A DNA stretch of 64,000 nucleotides from Mytilus edulis. Its lineage: Eukaryota. Made by a program: the position numbers and the translations under genes. The first letter of the stretch is position 1. Each line of letters starts with the position of its first letter. This document shows positions 11,570 through 24,375 of this stretch, in pieces. Where the stretch lies: assembly GCF_963676685.1 (NCBI RefSeq), contig NC_092349.1, forward strand, positions 76,508,001 to 76,572,000, read 5' to 3'. The notes below the pieces were generated by a model. It was not told the DNA's origin. It searched no databases and saw only the letters and a list, made by a program, of their open reading frames with translations.

Positions 11570-13052
11570 TTAAAATAAGTTGTATTACTGTTGTTGTCGT
11601 TGTTGTTAGTTTGATGCCTCATTGAGGGTTAACATGTGTCCCTTTTCATTCATGCTTATTTAATTATGCTTGTTGTGCTGATGCCTAATTTAGGTTTACC
11701 CTGTTACATCCTTTAATTTACTGTCAATCTTGTTTGGCTGATGCCTTTATATAAATAGCCAAATATGTACCAAATTTACTTTTTGAATTAATTATAAATT
11801 TTGTAAATCCAAGTAGATAAGTAAATTATAATGAATCAGATATACCCATTTGACCCACTTAAATTAATATTGTTTAACCCTTTTGCTGACAAATGAAGGT
11901 TTAATAGTAGATATGAATTTTAAAAGTTTTTGAAAATTCAGCACAATTTTAATGATGCCTATTATTCTATAAAACTGGATGTTTACTTTATTGTTTCCAT
12001 TGGTTGCTTTCGCTCAAATTTGTGTTGTGTCGGGATCTGATAATTATTTTCCTAAATCTTGTTTCTGGTAAATCAATATAACTACACAGTGCCATACATG
12101 TATAGTTGGTTATATTTACTTCATTACAATTTGTATCCACAACTGACTCATTGACAAATATAACACATCTCATTAACTTAAGATGGAATACTTTGTAGTT
12201 ATTTAAAAAAAATTGGTTCTCTATAGATGATTTAAGGTAGTTCAGGGGTAAACTGCCATCTTGAATTGTACAATCACAGTAAATAATCAATTATTTGGTG
12301 TTTCTTTTTGCCCAAATCTGAAAAATTGGAGAAAGATTTGCAATTTATTCTTTACACTGTATTTTTTAATTTAAGGAAACTTAGTTACCGGTATGCACTT
12401 CATTATCAAAACTATTTTAACAAATACAAAATATTGGTGCTTTTAGGAACAAATTATTTAAATGAGCCATTTAAGGGGAGATAACTCTTTTAGTAGATTA
12501 TTTGTACTGGACATATAGAGAACTTTCATTTTTTTACACCCCCCCCCCCCCCCCCCCCCCCGCCCCCTTTCCCTTAAAATTATGACTGGACGTATTATTT
12601 TATACAAATGTCAGACGTCCGTCTGTCCATGTTGAAAAGAGCAAAGTTAAATCTTTATTTTCTATACCTCTGAACTACCTTAAAGTGTTTATTTGTACTG
12701 ATATCACTTTCCACTAGTAGTCTTATCCCAAAGAGGTTAACTGGAGATTAAAGCAGGAATGCTTACCATTTAAGAGCACCTTTCTCAGTGTTAATATAAG
12801 GATGTATTCTTAATAATGCTATTGTTTTTCAGGATAGGTAAATATTTAAAATAAATGTTCTTGTTCTTTATTTATTTAATTTTGTTTTAAACAAAGTGTT
12901 GTCTGTCCCTTCTGAACATGCAAATTGATTTGTCCAATGTGTCTTCAACAGAAATAGTGATAATCTAATAAGAAATGTTTTATTTAAGTGAGATCTGTTT
13001 TTGGCCATGAAATACCTAAATTTGATTCAAAGATGGCAAAAATGAAGAGATC

Positions 13053-16000
13053 TTACTTCACAAGTTTAGACCGCAAGTTACACAAAGCACCACATACAAA
13101 AATAATATCATCAAGGATGGGTTTAAGAGTAAGAGGCAATGTGCCCTGTAGTAGCTGAAATGATTTGATATCACCTATAGCTCGTTCTACATGGATGCGT
13201 GCATTTGCAATACGCCTAGTCCTTGTAACTGCTCTACTGCTCAACTGTCTGCCATTTGCAAAAGGTGGAATTGCAAGAGTTGCACCCTTTAAAGCCAGGA
13301 GATCACTTATGGTGAATCCACGGTCAGCCATAACCTCATCGCCAAACTCCAACATTTCCAAGAACCCAGATGCTTGTGTAATCCTGCGGTCTGAAACTGC
13401 CCCTGACCACAACTTTGACAAGAAACAGAATGAACCACTTGGTGTTATACCTACCAAAAGTTTGAATGTATTATTATGCTTATAACTTGACCAAGTGATT
13501 CTCTGGGCAGAAGGTAATGAGGGTTTTTGAACAAAAAATTCAGTGCAATCTATAACTACTCTGGTTTTAGGGAAATACTTAAAACATTTAGGCATATTTT
13601 CCTTTATTTGATCTTTAGTGGGCCACTTGATAAGAAAATCCAGTTCTTTCCGTAAAAACACAATCCATGTGGAAAAGATACGGGAAACAGTTGAAGAACT
13701 TATACACAACATATCTCCCAAGACATCTGTGTCCAATCCCTTCCTCAGTCGTACAAGGCTCATCAAGTACTCCTCCCAAAGTGATAACTCCCTCAATGCT
13801 CCCCTTTTCTGTAAAACAAAATCCAAGAAAAGACTACTATTGAGATTTGTCAATTTTGTTGATTTTTTTATTGTTTATTACTTATTTTTTCTGATTTTCA
13901 TCATTTTTCTGGCTTATGAGATTTACCGTGTTAAAGCCAGGAGCAAAATATCTATTAAACATATCAAGTAAAGCATTCTGAATAATACTCTTTAAAGCCT
14001 AACTGACATTTTCAAAATTACATGTACTATTTTCTGGAACAATTACCCACAAACTTAAATTAATCATGACATATGAGAAGAACTTTTGTTTGTTTCCATA
14101 GAAATTTCTGTACAAAAGATGAATTTATTTTAATAATAGTAGGGTATGTTTACACGAGTTCTGCTCATGACTTGGCATAAAGATACACATGACATTTTTT
14201 AAAAACAAATTGTAGTGTTCAGTAAACCCTGACAACTGTTACTTTTCATCCTTGGTAAAATAAAAATAAAAAGTAATAATGAATATAATATTTGGTTGAT
14301 TTGATCACAATTGCATATTACCATCTAATCAGTAATAACAAAAATAAGTTTTTACAAAATCATTATGCCAAGTCGCTAGGGGGCGCTGTTCCAACAGTGT
14401 ATCCACTAATAAAACCAGTGGACGTTGTAAACAATGCTTGATATAAAGACTTTGATGCTAACAAGAAATATTTATTGTTACATTTTTCATGTTTTTACAG
14501 GTATCAATGGAGACCTTGTAGCAGGACATAAATTAATGAAGAGACACGTTTTTGAGAAATGACCATGTGTTGATTTTTAATATAAAGTATTAACACTGGC
14601 TATTGCTTGAATAAGTGCTCAAAATCCATCAAAAAGAACAGATCTGTCTGAGGAAATCTTACTATTTATGTTGAGTATTTGAATAAAATATAGGTAAGGT
14701 TTTAACTAAAGTGAATTATGAGACAGATAACTTACCTTTCCACTGACATCATTCTCTGTATCGTCGAAGCTGTCATCAACCCTAGATGACCCATACCAAT
14801 ACTTCATCCTAGAAGCCTTCAACTCGACATGACTAAAAACAAGTTTCAAGACATCCAGTGTCATTCCTGAAAATTTAACAATGAGGCTGTTAAAACTGAT
14901 AATGTGTTATTTTATCGATCTTAATTTTGCATCTACTTTCAATTACCGGTGAGTTAATCCTTTTTTTTTTTAAATCACTAAAACATATCCCAAAAATCTG
15001 CATACATTGAATAGACCAATATGTTATGATTAAAAATAATATTCCATGCTTTCATTCCAATCTTATTCTTATGATAAGGTCAGGGGGACCTTTTAAATAC
15101 CTGTATAGGCTTTAGGCTTCTTTTCCACATCTGAAACAAATAACTGTCTTCTCATGGTCTTCAAGTTGACATTGGTACTGCTGTCAGAATAAGTTGGATG
15201 GTAAGTCTGAGATCCTGAATCTGCAATTTAAGTTCAAATATAAATGCATGTATAACACTTTTTTCTCTATGCAACCCTACATGTATATTTGAATTTTGAA
15301 AGACTTTTATTTGGGGTTTTCTTCACTTTCTTGTCCAAAACCAAATGAAGCAAGAAAATCAAGTCATAGTCAAATAAACGCTGCCAATATTGAGACAATA
15401 ATCATGATAATTATTGGTTAAAAAAACATTTTTCCAAATTTTTACGCCCCCCGCTGTAGCATATAGTGGCATTAAGTTTTACACTTTTCTGTTGGTTTCC
15501 TTTCTGTTAACTTGAGTTTTATTCAACAAAACATTATGAAACTTATACAAATGCTATTTACCATGTTTATCACTGAACAAGGAATAAGTTGAATTTTGAT
15601 GGTTACTTAAAAACTATTGCAGAGTTTAATTTTGCCCCTTTACTAATGAAAAATTACATTATGCAAATAGATCAAAGTAAAAAATCTGAAAATAACAATT
15701 GAAAGTGATTGTTATTTCACTAATTCAGTGAAAAACTAAACAATCTCAAAAGTAAACGTTTTGTTTCGAAGTACATTTTTGTAAATTGTGGCTAGACAAA
15801 TTCACTGCAATAAGGAACATTCTAATATACATGTAAGACACTTTAATATATTAAGATTATGATATCCAGATATAAAACAGTGCTGTACTACTTCATTGAT
15901 TGCCAAGGTTAACAGGGGCAGAATTAGAGGATTTTTCAGCCCCCCACCTTTTGATGAAAAAATTTGGTTGATTAAATATATACGGAATCACTGAAGCATG

Positions 16001-19000
16001 TATGAAGCGGCTACTTTTTACGAAAATTTCTGGATCTGTCATTGCTTGATGTATAAACTTCACACCTTCCCGCATAACCTCCAGCCCATTTAGAAATATA
16101 GAGCTCCCATGTCATCATAAATATATATAAATTTACCTTTTGTTTCCACAGGTAGAGGAGTAGCAGTAAAGATAGTGGTGTCAATGTCATCTGGTACTTT
16201 CCCTTCGTCGCTAGGCCTTAGTTCAATCTCTGCTTCAAAATCTAAAATTATTTAATGAAATATGTTATATCTATTATAAATCAACAGAATTATCTGCCCT
16301 TTATATTTTAACTGGTTTTATATTTTGAAATACAAACTTAATGCTTTTTTATACTTTAATGTAAAAATTTGAAGTTTTAGATTATTTTGTTATATACTGC
16401 AAGTTATTTTATGTACTTGGGAAAATAATTTCTATTCATAGCAAAAAACAAAAAAATCTGCAACGTGCCCAACACAGATGCTCAGAAAGAATATCCATTT
16501 AATTATAATTATCAGCCAGATAAATATTCTATAGAGAACGTGTCAAGAAAAAGAAAAAATACAACATTTCATGCATTCGTTTATCTGGATCTCACCTACC
16601 TAAATACTAAAAATATTTACAGATTTTTACCATTCTGATATAATTTAATTTTGGATGTAAAGCGTCCACTGATTGGCTGACGTCCTTTTGTTTATCAGCC
16701 CATAGACATAATTTTGTCATGTGGCTGTGATGTCATCAATGTTTTTTCATGGTTTAATCCCGTTTAAAATGAAATTTCAAATTAAATTATAAGAAATAAT
16801 TGAAATTTTTTTTCTAACTATTCAAAATAAAATAAAAAATGTGGTGCACACTGTAAAATGGCCCGTTGTGAGAAAAAATACTACAGTTACTCCTTAATTG
16901 TTCAAAAATAGTCACATTTTAAACTAAATTTTACAAGGTTGAGCCTAAACGGTGGGTAAAATATGACACTGACCTTTAATTTATCATGTTTATTTTTTAC
17001 ATTGTGTAATGTCAACTTATGCACTTACTTCATGATGTTGTATAAGATTTGCGAAATTGTACATTTTTATGATCATTTTATTAAAAAAAATGTGATTTGG
17101 AAAATTTTAAATGCATACATGTATTTACATGTAAGCAATATAAAAAATAAAATCAAAATAATTGAAATTATGACACATTTGTTGTTGTCATGGTTGTTGT
17201 TTAAGATAAAATAAAATAATGAACATATTTCAACAAATTAAATGATTTAAAAAGGAAACTAATGTGCAGACAATTTTAATGTGTTTTCGGACATTGATAA
17301 TATATTAATTGTAGCCTTTGCTATGTTTGAAGGAGGTCAATAATTTACATTTTAAGATGTATTGACTGAGGATAACAATTTTCTAAAGATACAGTAACAT
17401 GTTTTAAAAGATCTTACCTGGAACATGAACTATACAGTAAGAATGATCTAGGTCTACTGTTCCCTGATCAGCTGATTTTCCTAAAATAATGAAATGCTTT
17501 ATTATATGAAACATTACACATTTATACAAAAAATTACAGTTTATCAATTTGATAGACATTGTTTTAACTTCACCCAATACATGTAACTACATGTAATATC
17601 TGACATGAAAATAGGGAAATGTTGTGGATTTAAATATGTTCACAACAGTCTTTACTCTTAGCCACTTGTCTGAAGACGCAGACCAGTATAAATAATTAAT
17701 CAGACTAGTTAGTTGTTGTTTATTTAGAAACATATGTAAAATGTGGGAATATTGGTCTTTGGACTAGATCAGTAGGATTTTGATGCAGACTGCACCACAT
17801 GCATAAGATATTAATAACACAATACTGTACATGTAAATGTACATGTCATGCATATATTTTCTGTTTGTGAATACTATATTTGGACAGACTGGTAGCCGTA
17901 GGTACTGTACATATAAATGTATCTCAATGTCAGTTTTATTTGTGTATGTCTTTGAGCACGTTGAACTGCCTTTAGCATTAGTAACACCAAATTTTGTGAT
18001 TAAGCATTGTGACATTACAGTGGTCATTTTTTAAGTCTGCAGCTACATGTACACAAATGTTAGTCCAAATAATTATGACGTCTCGAAAGGCTTTTATATT
18101 TTTTTGACGCAATAATTATGAGGTCTTGAAATGCTATTATATTTTTTTCTTTGAGTAAGGTGTCAAAGAACAAAAAAAATAGCCTTTCTAGACAGCCTTT
18201 TGAAGACATCATAATTATTTGGCCTACACAAATTATGCTATTTCAGTCAGGCCTAAATTAAATATTGTTTGTTTCCCCAATCCCGACCCTGCAAAGCCAG
18301 GTGTGGGTAGGTACATTTGTAGGTTGGAAAAAAAATTTATTTTTCCATAAGCTTGAACAATATTGGACGGATCCGGCAAGCCTGAAAATTTGAAATTAAT
18401 AGAATAATATTTGACTTAGTTTTGACAATAAAATTTTATGAGCTGCACCAATTTTGCAGGGTTTGTCAGGATTTGGGAAACAAACAATATTTAATTTTAG
18501 GCCTCAATATTCATTGGCATAACAGCCTTGTACTTACAAATTGATGTTTTTATAAGTTTGTAGTTTGAACAGTTCAATGTATGAAATATGAAACTGTTTT
18601 TGGATAGCTCCTACATAATTTCACACAATATTTTTTAGTATCATGAGTTCATAAACATGTATAAATGCAGCACCTGCATGTTCAAGTAAAAAGTGCCATT
18701 GGGATATATGTCAATCATGTCAAATTTTAAACAAAGTAATATTTAAACATAATGAACCTTTATATCGAAAATACAAGCATTGTATTACATTATATATACA
18801 TTTCGTACCAGGTTTTTTCACCTTCCTACACACAAGGCTTGGACGGTCTATTGGTGCCCTTCTTTTCCGGTTCTGCAGCATGAAATTTTCCTTCTCAGCT
18901 TCACAGGCGCCTGCAGGAATAGGATCGGGATATTCCTCAGTCGGACCGTTCCCCCTTACAAAGTGCAGTGAGCAGATGTAGCTATATTTCGTCACTTTTT

Positions 19001-19166
19001 CAACGTTCAGGTCAGGTCGTCCGCAGGCTCTTATCCATCTTTCACACTTCACTCTATTCCGTAATGGCTTTGGGAACGGAATAAAGTGCACATCCTTCTC
19101 CGCGAGTCTCTCTGGGTACCTACTGTCACTCTTACAAACCCCGTACATGCAATTTTTGTTCACCAT
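13053..19166 (-). CDS. THAP-domain Harbinger/ISL2EU DDE transposase (~510 aa, 6 exons)
   Basis: Exons 19166-18809, 17480-17418, 16241-16137, 15220-15101, 14866-14736, 13808-13053; GT..AG, 1533 nt open. THAP (C-x4-C...FP...W...C...ICSLHF...P), DHSY motif, YTG, HTH (LVRLRKGL....LG....IS.STVSRIF..W), catalytic IDCTE / MADRGF / RIHVER. Confidence 0.9.
18061..18226. mobile_element. MITE, same family as 4077-4235
   Basis: TAGTCCAAATAATTATGACGTCT / AGACATCATAATTATTTGGCCTA; flanks CACAAATGT / CACAAATTA. Confidence 0.6.
18250..18503. mobile_element. Harbinger-like MITE, 3-bp TCA TSD
   Basis: TIR GGCCTAAATTAAATATTGTTTGTTTCCC / GGGAAACAAACAATATTTAATTTTAGGCC; TCA at 18247-18249 and 18504-18506. Confidence 0.8.
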
Positions 19167-19314
19167 AGTCAATCGGAAATGTGTTTGTTTACCCTGGTTA
19201 CAATGGCGGATTTGGAAATTCTGCCCGCCTTTTGGTACAGTCAATATAGATTTCGAAATTCCGAAGTTACATACTTCCGGTATGACTAATCACCAAACAA
19301 TGTGCAAGTGGTCT

Positions 19315-22300
19315 ATTAAAATTGAAAAAAGTTAATATAGGGCTTTAATTGATTCCGGGGCAAGTTGCTCTTTATTACATAAAAGAGTTTATCAAGCTAT
19401 GAAAAGTCTACCTTAGTTAATTAAAAGTAAAGTATCTCTTCAAGCGGTAAACAGTGTTCTTATTAGTAGAAGGTAGCGATTTGTAAATTGGGTGATCAAA
19501 AATAAATCATGTTTTTCATGTAGTGTCGGATATGAATAGAAATATAATTCTGGAAAGAGATTTTCTACAACAACAAGGCGTGCGTGTCTATTTTGACTTA
19601 AACTGTATAAGAATTGGAAAAGTTTACGTGCCTCTTCAAAATGACATCCATATTGCCTCAATAGTAAGAGTTGCTAAGAGGACACTTTTAAAACCTCAAA
19701 GTGTAAAAAAGATCAAGAAACATTCATGTTTTCTAAACTCTGAATTGTTACAAGTATCTGCCGTGGATTCGGGCTATATAAATTCGGAAGCAGGATTATT
19801 AGTAAGTAACTCAGTTACTTAAATACATAATATTCCTGTTTTAATGTTAAACAACACCAATAAAACTATTTGTTTAAATAGGGGATGTGTAGTAGGAAAA
19901 GTCAGTGACATCAATACAAATGACGTTTCATGTGTAACAAAAGATGGTCAAACAATTGAGTCAATCGATACATCAAATCAGAAAATTGATGTTCCTCAAG
20001 ATTATCTAGAAGTTGTAAGATCTCTTGTAAATGCAAATGAGGACATATTCGCTAATAGTGACAAAGATTTAGGGGGGAATGACACTGTTAAAATGTTTAT
20101 TGATACGGGATATCATCACCCTATTAAATTAAAACCGTATAGAACTCCTATACATAAAAGGCCAATAGTTGATAAAGCAATTGATGAAATGCCGGAAGCA
20201 AATATTATAAGAAGGTCAAGATCACCATGGTCATTTCCGATTGTCGTTGTTGATGAAAAGGATGGATCTAAACGATTTTGTATTGATTTCCGTTTATTGA
20301 ACCGTATAACGAAAGTTATCCCTTATCCTTTACCATTTCAATGATAGACGATATTTTGGCACAATTAAATAAAGCAAGGTATTGTACAAGTTTGGACTTA
20401 AAGAGTGGGTACTGGCAAATAAACATGACAGAAAGTGACAAAGAAAAGACTGCATTCACTACTTGTCACAGGGGTCTTTTTGAATTTAATGCTATGCCTT
20501 TTGGACTTGTAAACGCGCCTAGTATTTTTAGCCAGCTCATATCTATTGCAATGCAAGGATTATACCAATTTTCGGTTGCCTATTTTCTGAAACATTTGAA
20601 AACCATTTACGTCACATTCAGACAGTGTTTGATAGGTTGAGACAACATAATCTGAAATTAAAAGTAAAGAAATGTAGTTTTATTAAAGAAGAAACTAAAT
20701 ATTTGGGTTTTGTTATAACGCGTGAAGGTGTTAGACCAGATCAAGATAAAGTAAAAGCTATTCAGACAATTCCGATACCCAAAACTGTGAAAGAAGTTAG
20801 AGGATTTATTGGTATGTGTAGTTACTACAGAAGATTCATTCCGAATTTTTATAAAAAAGCGGAACCTCGTGTCAATTTTACGAGAAAATATTCGAAATAT
20901 CATTGGTCAGAGGGTTTTGACGTAGGCTTTAATTACTTAAAAGATATTTTAACAGTGAAACCTCTAATTGCATATCCAAACCCTCTAATTTGCCTTATGT
21001 CTTGTACACTGATACAAGTGATACATGTGTTAACTAGTGCATGCTTGACACAGATATTACCAATGTCATTTCAACTGATCGGGCGGAGCTTACGTTTTAA
21101 TTTGCATAAGGACAGTCTATTTGAAGATGTGTGTGATTAGGATGATTGCAGTTATAATTATTACTGATTTCTAATCACCTATCAGTGCCATCAAAGGAAT
21201 TTACAAAAGAAAAACTGGACACTTCATTGATGAGTTTATCCTAAAACACCTATCTATAGATGGAATGGTTTATTATGAGCGAAACGGTAAACTCCACCCA
21301 GTCAAGTGAAATAAATTGAGTAATAACTGAAGAAGAAAATGCAGTTGAAAAACCTATTTAATTTCTATAGCATAAATTAAGCTAGACTCAAACTCTGGGG
21401 TTAACTGTTGAAAAAGAAGCGTTTACGATTCATTATGCACTCCAGAAATTAGATTTTTATTTCCACGGAGCAAATTTTATCATCAAAACGGATCATAAAC
21501 CTTTGAAATATTTACTAGATTCTCCAATGAAAAACAGAGAGCTACAAATGTGGTCTTTAGGGATATATATATCTGGATATAATTGTAAGATTGAGTACAT
21601 AGCAGGAGAAACAAACTATTTTGCAGATCTTTTGTCAAGAACTCCGCAAAGTGATGACGATAAGGGAATAAGTAATGAAACTGTCGATCCCGATATAAAT
21701 GATAACACCTATGAAATTAATACAATTAATTCAAATAAATTAAACACAAGAAATTTTGCTACTTGCACTGTAGAACAACCGGATTTACCTAGTAAGGAGA
21801 CTTATCAAAATGAAGATTTAAATATGAAATTAGAACAAGCAAAAGATTTGAACATTGTTAAGGTTAAAAGGAAAATTGAAACAGGTACAGCGGGAAGCTC
21901 TACACAAAGTCAATTCGTGATTATTGAAGATGTTGTTTATTTTCTGTCACAGCCTCATATTGATCCTCTAATCCGATTATATGTTTCAGAACATTTAAGG
22001 GAAGATATTGTCGTTCAATATCATGATAATAATGGTCATTTAGGTATTGATAAAACATATGACAGTATAAAGCTACGGTATTACTGGCCAGGGTTATACA
22101 AGAAGATATATGCTTATGTCACCATGTGTGTTACATGTCAAACTAGAAATTTAAGAAAAGTAAATCCTCCTGTTCAAGAAGTAGATACATCACCTTATCC
22201 GTTTGCTAAAATAGCATTAGATTTATCAGGAAAATATCCAGAAACATTGTCTGGGAATAAATATATCATTGGCTTCATTGCTCTTTATTTAATTCGGGAT

Positions 22301-23419
22301 TCCCTGAAGCTTTTGCAGTAAAAGATAAAAAAAAAAAAAAAAAGCCGAAACAATTGCTCATTTGCTTATCGAGGAAATAATTCCAAGACATTCAGTCCCA
22401 TTACAAATTTTAATGATAACAGATCTGAAAATGTGAATAAAATTATGAAGAAAACATGCGAAACTCTGAATATAAATCATATTACTACTTCGTTTTACCA
22501 TCTGCAAAGTAACGGACGAATTGAAAGGTTCCATCGTACTCTCCATGATGTTTTATCTAAACTAATGAAAGACAACACATCAATGTGGGATTTGTTTTTA
22601 AATCAAGCTTTGACCGCTATTAGGTTAAACATAAGTGAGTCTTCTAAATTTTCACCGTTCTATTTGTTATACACTCGAGATGCCGTTCTTCCCATTGATA
22701 ACATAATGAAACCTAGCTCATAGGAAATATATTGTCGAAGACTTGCATCAAATAATGCCAAATCAACAACATAAATCATTCGTGCTGGTACATAGGTCCA
22801 TAAAACAAGTTCAAATGCGCCAGTTAAAATATAAATAAAAACTGTTTAGATGAAGGTTTTAAGATAGGGGATCCTGTTTATTGTAAAAATCACTTGAAGA
22901 AAAATAAATTAGATAATCGATGGACACCGTATTTCCGTATTGTTGACCAAACCTCGGCAGTGTCATTCGTGATCCAGGTCAATTGACTGGAGGTACGAAA
23001 AGCACATCTGCGAATAGCTAAAATCGATGAGTGGGTATTCCTTAAATAAGGATAAACAATTAAGAAAAGCTGCGTATGTTGCATCTCCTGATGTCAGTAG
23101 TTCAGACATGGAGGTTGACACTGACTCGGATTCTGATTTTAATAAAAAAAAAACTCTTGCTACTCTTGCAAAGAAATATCGAAAAAACGAACAAATAGTT
23201 CTGATGAAGAATCAATTCTTCTTATAGAGTAAACCCTTAAAAGAAAAAGAAAGAGAGGAAAATTATGACAGTGATTCAGAGGAATCAATGTCTGTAAAGG
23301 AGATTATCGAGACAAATCTGAAAACGAGAAAAGTTAGGCAAACATTGCCGTCACATATAGGTAAAGATAAAAATGTTAAAGTAAAAAAATTGTTGGCGTC
23401 AATTTCTAACATGTTGTAA
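19315..23419 (+). pseudogene. Decayed Gypsy/Ty3 pol (protease, RT, RNase H, integrase)
   Basis: ALIDSGAS protease (~19340); SRSPWSFPIVVV.KDGSKRFCIDFR, LDLKSGYWQI, MPFGLVNAP (RT); VRGFIGMCSYYRRFI; TDHKPLKYL (RNase H); H-x4-H...CVTCQ and SNGRIERFHRTL (integrase). Many stops and frameshifts. The protease N-terminus lies at ~3069-3118, on the far side of the ISL2EU element. Confidence 0.93.
21058..21322. mobile_element. 265-bp MITE inserted in Gypsy RNase H
   Basis: Imperfect ~40-bp TIRs (TACCAATGTCATTTCAACTGATCGGGCGGAGCTTAC / GTAAACTCCACCCAGTCAAGTGAAATAAATTGAGTA); flanks ATAT / ATAA; removal restores CLTQ-ITEEENAVEKPI. Confidence 0.75.
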
Positions 23420-24160
23420 GGCTTCACAATAAGTTGATATTGATTGCACGGGATTGTAAATTGTACACAAATAAATGACTTGTTTATTGCTTTTAAAGAA
23501 TTGTATGTTGATTTAAAAAAATTCACTAGAGCTGTTAAAGAAAGAATTTTTCAAATTGAGAGACATGTTAGGATAAATTCGATAACTGAAGGACCATCAC
23601 GTCTTGTAACGCAGGATCAATTTTGTTTTTCTTACCTACAAATGCAGCTGAATATACTGTCGTTAGGTCATTTGCCATCAAGCGTGATGTCTCCGAGAAA
23701 AAAAAAATAACAAAACTGTTAATTGGGATTAATATAAAATTGCCACCAGGCATAATGCCACCGAGTGATCCAATTACTAAATTATGGGATTACTATCAAA
23801 TCTTAAGCTTTCACACCGTGTTGGATTATTATCGTATAATCGTTGTTTTGTCGGTACCATTGATAGATTATAACAGTAATTTTGATATTTTAAAACCATT
23901 TAATTTACTTATTCCGATAAACTTAAATCCGCAAGTGGGCAGTACAAAGTCCATGCTAGCGTTCTATAATCTTGAAGCCAAGGCGTTAGGTGTAAATGCT
24001 AAATATATTCTTCTAAATTATGATGAACTAAATAAATGTATTCATTCGATAAGAAATTTTTGTGACACAAGAAGTCCAGTCTATCGAATAAATCTAAGTA
24101 AATTTTGTAAAGTTGCTCTTTTTTTACCTTGTAAACATCAAAGGAATGCTAATCCAATTC

Positions 24161-24243
24161 CATCATCAGGTGGGGTCCTCCTTCCTTGGCTGTTTCGGCG
24201 CTATTCCACAACAACCTCCAGAGGTGCGCCGGCTCAGGTGATC
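24161..24243 (-). ncRNA. Candidate rearranged (non-circularly permuted) hammerhead ribozyme, copy 1
   Basis: Minus strand: GGCGC..CCUCU..GGUUGU-U-GUGG..GCGCC-GAAA-CAGCC..GGAGG..CCAC-CUGAUGA. Stem III GGUUGU/ACAGCC, stem I GUGG/CCAC, stem II GGCGC/GCGCC. Confidence 0.55.
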
Positions 24244-24375
24244 AATCTGAACCTGGAACTGGATGGCCTACACGGCTCCGATGTCTCAGCTGATGTCATT
24301 GCTGTTCTTCTGTAACTGAATGCTGTTCTGTATATCTAAATCTGTCCATTATCTACACAATAAATGTTCATTGTT

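Larger units (their letters stand above)
3119..19314. mobile_element. Autonomous ISL2EU-type (PIF/Harbinger-related) DNA transposon, 16,196 bp, two convergent genes
   Basis: Perfect TIRs AGACCACTTGCACATT (3119-3134) / AATGTGCAAGTGGTCT (19299-19314); AT duplicated at 3117-3118 and 19315-19316; removing the element restores a Gypsy protease frame; encodes THAP+DDE_Tnp_4 transposase and YqaJ exonuclease, the gene pair known for ISL2EU. Confidence 0.9.

Noticed and set aside
3114-19319. Reading the 16-kb element as TTAA-TSD (Kolobok/piggyBac) with TAGACC termini
   Set aside because: TTAA does flank both sides, but only the AT-TSD boundary restores the interrupted protease frame (CLIKIEK), and the transposase is Harbinger/ISL2EU type.
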